From Gammaproteobacteria bacterium (GTDB taxonomy: Bacteria; Pseudomonadota; Gammaproteobacteria; CAJXQU01), in NCBI GenBank assembly GCA_965238175.1, contig CBDEGZ010000003.1, positions 1,664,001-1,728,000 on the forward strand: a DNA stretch of 64,000 nucleotides, written 5' to 3'. Below the pieces are notes generated by a model that was not told the origin of the DNA, searched no databases, and saw only the letters and a program-made list of their open reading frames with translations. Shown piece after piece: positions 61,232 to 64,000 of the stretch. A program made the position numbers and the translations under genes. Within the stretch, counting starts at the first letter, position 1. Each line of letters begins with the position of its first letter.

Positions 61232-62521
61232 CTAGTCACCAGTATTTTGGATGGTAGATTGTAATTTGAGCTGATTCATTTTTACTGTTTTTACAGCTTG
61301 TTTTGAGGTTTGTAGAATCTCAATAGTGTAATTGCCAATACGTAGACTGGTACCTGTAGCGGGTATGTTTTCCAGCGTTTCAATAATCAAACCATTAAGT
61401 GTTTTGGGGCCGTCCAAACTTAAATCCCACTTCAGAGATTTGTTAATGTCCCGAATATTAGCACTTGCATCAATCATGTAGCTTCCATCATCTTGCTCAT
61501 GAATATCTTTGCTGTATCCAGGATCGGTAGTAAATTCCCCAACAATCTCTTCGAGGATATCTTCTAAAGTGACTAAGCCTTCTAAATCGCCATATTCATC
61601 AACAACAAGCCCTAAACGACACTTTTCGCGCTGAAAATTGCCGAGTTGGGTATGTAGTGGTGTACCGATGGGAACAAAGTAAGGGGCAAGGGCTGTATCT
61701 TGTATGACCTCTGCGGATAAGTTTTCTGAATCTTCGAGTAAATCGGGGATCTTACGAATGTGTATAATGCCGACAATCTGGTTTAGATTACCGAAATAAA
61801 TAGGAATACGGGTGTGGCGACAATTTCGTAATTGTTCTTCAAGTTCTGATACGTCGGTATCGAGATCAATGCCAGTCACTTCATTTCGAGGGATCATAAT
61901 GTCTTCAACGGTGACGTTTTCTAGATCAAGTATTCCAAACAACATTTGTTGATGGCGTTTGGGGATCATTGTTCCTGCTTCTTGTACAACAGTACGGAGT
62001 TCCTCACGGCTGAGAGCCATTTCACCACTATCAGTTTTGGGTGAAATGTGGAGTAATCCAAGCACACCATTTGCGATCAAATTAACCAACCAAACGAAAG
62101 GATACAAAATAACTAAAAGCGGTTTGAGGATGATCGAAACCGGAAAAGCAATAAGCTCTGGTTTTAGAGCAGCCATTGTTTTTGGAGTAACTTCCGCAAA
62201 GATCAAAACGATCAATGTTAATACTGCCGCTGCGATAGGAATGCCGACCTCTCCATATAGGCGAATTGCAATAATGGTTGCGATTGATGAAGCGAGAATA
62301 TTAACAAAGTTATTACCGAGCAAAATAAGGCCAATCAGTCGATCTGGTTTTTCGAGTAAAGAATTGGCCCGGATTGCACCTTTATGATTTTGTTCGCAAA
62401 GGTGTTTTAGCCGATAGCGATTCAAAGCCATCATGGCGGTTTCTGAGCTGGAGAAAAAAGCCGAAAGTAAGATGAGTAAAGCAAGGGCTATAAATAACAA
62501 CCCTATAGGAATATCGTCCAA
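61232..62521 (-). CDS. HlyC/CorC (CNNM/DUF21 + CBS) family transporter, YfjD/CorB-like
   Basis: SAFFSSSET, GNNFVNI, EVTPK, VVDEYG, EEIVGE. Confidence 0.92.
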   Translation of the reverse strand: MDDIPIGLLFIALALLILLSAFFSSSETAMMALNRYRLKHLCEQNHKGAIRANSLLEKPDRLIGLILLGNNFVNILASSIATIIAIRLYGEVGIPIAAAVLTLIVLIFAEVTPKTMAALKPELIAFPVSIILKPLLVILYPFVWLVNLIANGVLGLLHISPKTDSGEMALSREELRTVVQEAGTMIPKRHQQMLFGILDLENVTVEDIMIPRNEVTGIDLDTDVSELEEQLRNCRHTRIPIYFGNLNQIVGIIHIRKIPDLLEDSENLSAEVIQDTALAPYFVPIGTPLHTQLGNFQREKCRLGLVVDEYGDLEGLVTLEDILEEIVGEFTTDPGYSKDIHEQDDGSYMIDASANIRDINKSLKWDLSLDGPKTLNGLIIETLENIPATGTSLRIGNYTIEILQTSKQAVKTVKMNQLKLQSTIQNTGD

Positions 62522-62609
62522 TTATTATTGATCCTTGTGATTAATTAGAAGCTATTGTTGGGTGTGAATTACACCTAAGTCAAGTGACTTATGCACTCTA
62601 TATATTGTT

Positions 62610-63455
62610 TTATAATTTATGCAAAATTAGTTCCAATACGGCTTTGCTACCAAAGTAGGCGAGTATTAAGGCAATCATACCGGCAATGGTGAAGCGGATA
62701 GCCGTTCTACCTCGCCAACCGAAACGTGTTCTGCCCCAGAGTAAAATAGCAAAGGTAATCCAGGCACAGATCGACAGAACTGTTTTATGAATCAGGTGTT
62801 GGCCAAAAATATCTTCTACAAAAGGAAAGCCGGTGATAAATGAGATCGTTAGTAGTATGAAGCCCAGCCAAATGAATTGAAATAATAGCGATTCCATCGT
62901 TTGTAACGAAGGCAGAATACGCATGATGGGGATGGGGTGCCTATTCTTAAGGCGGGCATCAGCAACTGCCAACATTAATGCTTGTAATGCTGCAATACTC
63001 AACAGGCTATAGGCTAAGATCGAGAACAGAATATGTAACTGCAAACCTTTGGGTAATTCTGATGTGAATACATTTTGGGCAGGTAACAATTGATTCATAC
63101 CCAAGGAGATAGCTGCGATAGGAAAAAAGATGATCGCTAGACTCTCCATGGGTTGCTTAAGTGAGCCAATTAGTAATATTGCAGCTGTTAACCAAGCGAC
63201 AATGGATGACGCATTTGTAAAACTTAAGTTGATGCCTTTATCTGAGATCATCACATCGTGAAGTATAAAGGCATGCAAAATTAACCCAGCAAAGCCAAAT
63301 AACATCGCAACATTTCGATCACTCTTCTTGATAGTTATTTTACTAAACAACTTCCTGCCGATTAGTAGCGAAGAAGCCAGGTAAAATATGATCGCTGAAA
63401 AGGTCATTATTTGTATTCCTGTCATGTTAAAGATGATGACATAATCGAGAGACAA
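62610..63455 (-). CDS. Cytochrome c assembly-family membrane protein (YpjD-like)
   Basis: LHILFSILAYS, LPSLQTME, HKTVLS, GWRG, LAYFGSK. Confidence 0.9.
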   Translation of the reverse strand: MSLDYVIIFNMTGIQIMTFSAIIFYLASSLLIGRKLFSKITIKKSDRNVAMLFGFAGLILHAFILHDVMISDKGINLSFTNASSIVAWLTAAILLIGSLKQPMESLAIIFFPIAAISLGMNQLLPAQNVFTSELPKGLQLHILFSILAYSLLSIAALQALMLAVADARLKNRHPIPIMRILPSLQTMESLLFQFIWLGFILLTISFITGFPFVEDIFGQHLIHKTVLSICAWITFAILLWGRTRFGWRGRTAIRFTIAGMIALILAYFGSKAVLELILHKL

Positions 63456-63500
63456 TGAGAAACTGATTTTTCTTTTTGATTATAAGTATGGCTTAGTGTT

Positions 63501-63947
63501 TTGCCGACTATGAGAACTATTATTTCAGCTGTCATTTTATTCATTGTCTTATTGGTTTTAGCCGATTATCAAGGATGGTTGGGAGTGCGTAGTAGTACAG
63601 AACAGGATTATTTCGGTGTACGTTTTGCAGCAGAGGATGAGGAAAGCGGTAAGAAAATCATCGATTTTTTTATCAACTGTACACGTAAGGGGAGTCGCAA
63701 TGCGTGTTCTATTCAGCAAGGTCAAAACAAACCCACAAGAGAAGCTAAGTTTGGAGTTATAAAGTTGGTTAAAAAAACCTGGTTATTTAACAAAGGTGGA
63801 TCAGTAATCGGTGAAGATGAGGTGGATGTGCATTTGATGTTTATTCATCAGGATTATGATCGGCGAACCAATACCTATTCTATGAAGCAATTACTCTCCA
63901 TGCAGAGTGACGTTGTTACAGTGAAACTCACAAGGAGTTTAAAATGA
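63501..63947 (+). CDS. Hypothetical membrane-anchored or exported protein
   Basis: N-terminal hydrophobic helix; ATGA overlap with the next ORF. Confidence 0.6.
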   Translation: MPTMRTIISAVILFIVLLVLADYQGWLGVRSSTEQDYFGVRFAAEDEESGKKIIDFFINCTRKGSRNACSIQQGQNKPTREAKFGVIKLVKKTWLFNKGGSVIGEDEVDVHLMFIHQDYDRRTNTYSMKQLLSMQSDVVTVKLTRSLK

Positions 63948-64000
63948 GTGATGCCCTAAATTATTTACTTGCGGCTCGTCCAGAAGCGATGAGTGCCTAC
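63944..64000 (+). CDS. Start of an ORF cut by the window edge (MSDALNYLLAARPEAMSAY), possibly carboxymuconolactone decarboxylase/AhpD-like
   Basis: RBS AAGGAG, ATG overlapping the upstream stop; only 19 codons visible. Confidence 0.45.
   Translation, partial: MSDALNYLLAARPEAMSAY

Noticed and set aside
41272-62387. Many short ORFs overlapping rnr, ovoA, purL, ygiQ, the helicase, the MCP and the CorC gene
   Set aside because: Opposite-strand or alternate-frame shadows of well-supported genes.

Overview
Chromosomal window of an AT-rich gammaproteobacterium (gltX, glnS, tRNA-Ala/Glu, rnr, ovoA, purL, ygiQ, efpL, corB-like, ypjD) carrying a ~30.3-kb integrative mobilisable element (10685-41010) inserted at the 3' end of tRNA-Leu(CAG). 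The element encodes a large serine recombinase, MobC, a relaxase-helicase broken by an IS481-family element, a VirD4-like coupling protein (no VirB4/MPF genes recognised), ArdA and other leading-region-like genes behind long stem-loops, a ParDE toxin-antitoxin pair and a resolvase. It also carries a defence block. That block is a complete type II CBASS (CapV, DncV-like cyclase, Cap2, Cap3) preceded by a two-gene unit of a minimal diadenylate-cyclase (DisA_N)-fold protein and a Cap15-like 2TM beta-barrel effector; this unit is the best candidate for an uncharacterised nucleotide-signalling or decoy defence system. A second highlight is that the att core lies inside the recombinase reading frame. 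Excision would swap a 12-residue tail encoded antisense to the tRNA for a 62-residue tail stored at the other end of the element, and would couple the recombinase gene to mobC-relaxase. All protein calls come from motif recognition by eye; no searches were run.
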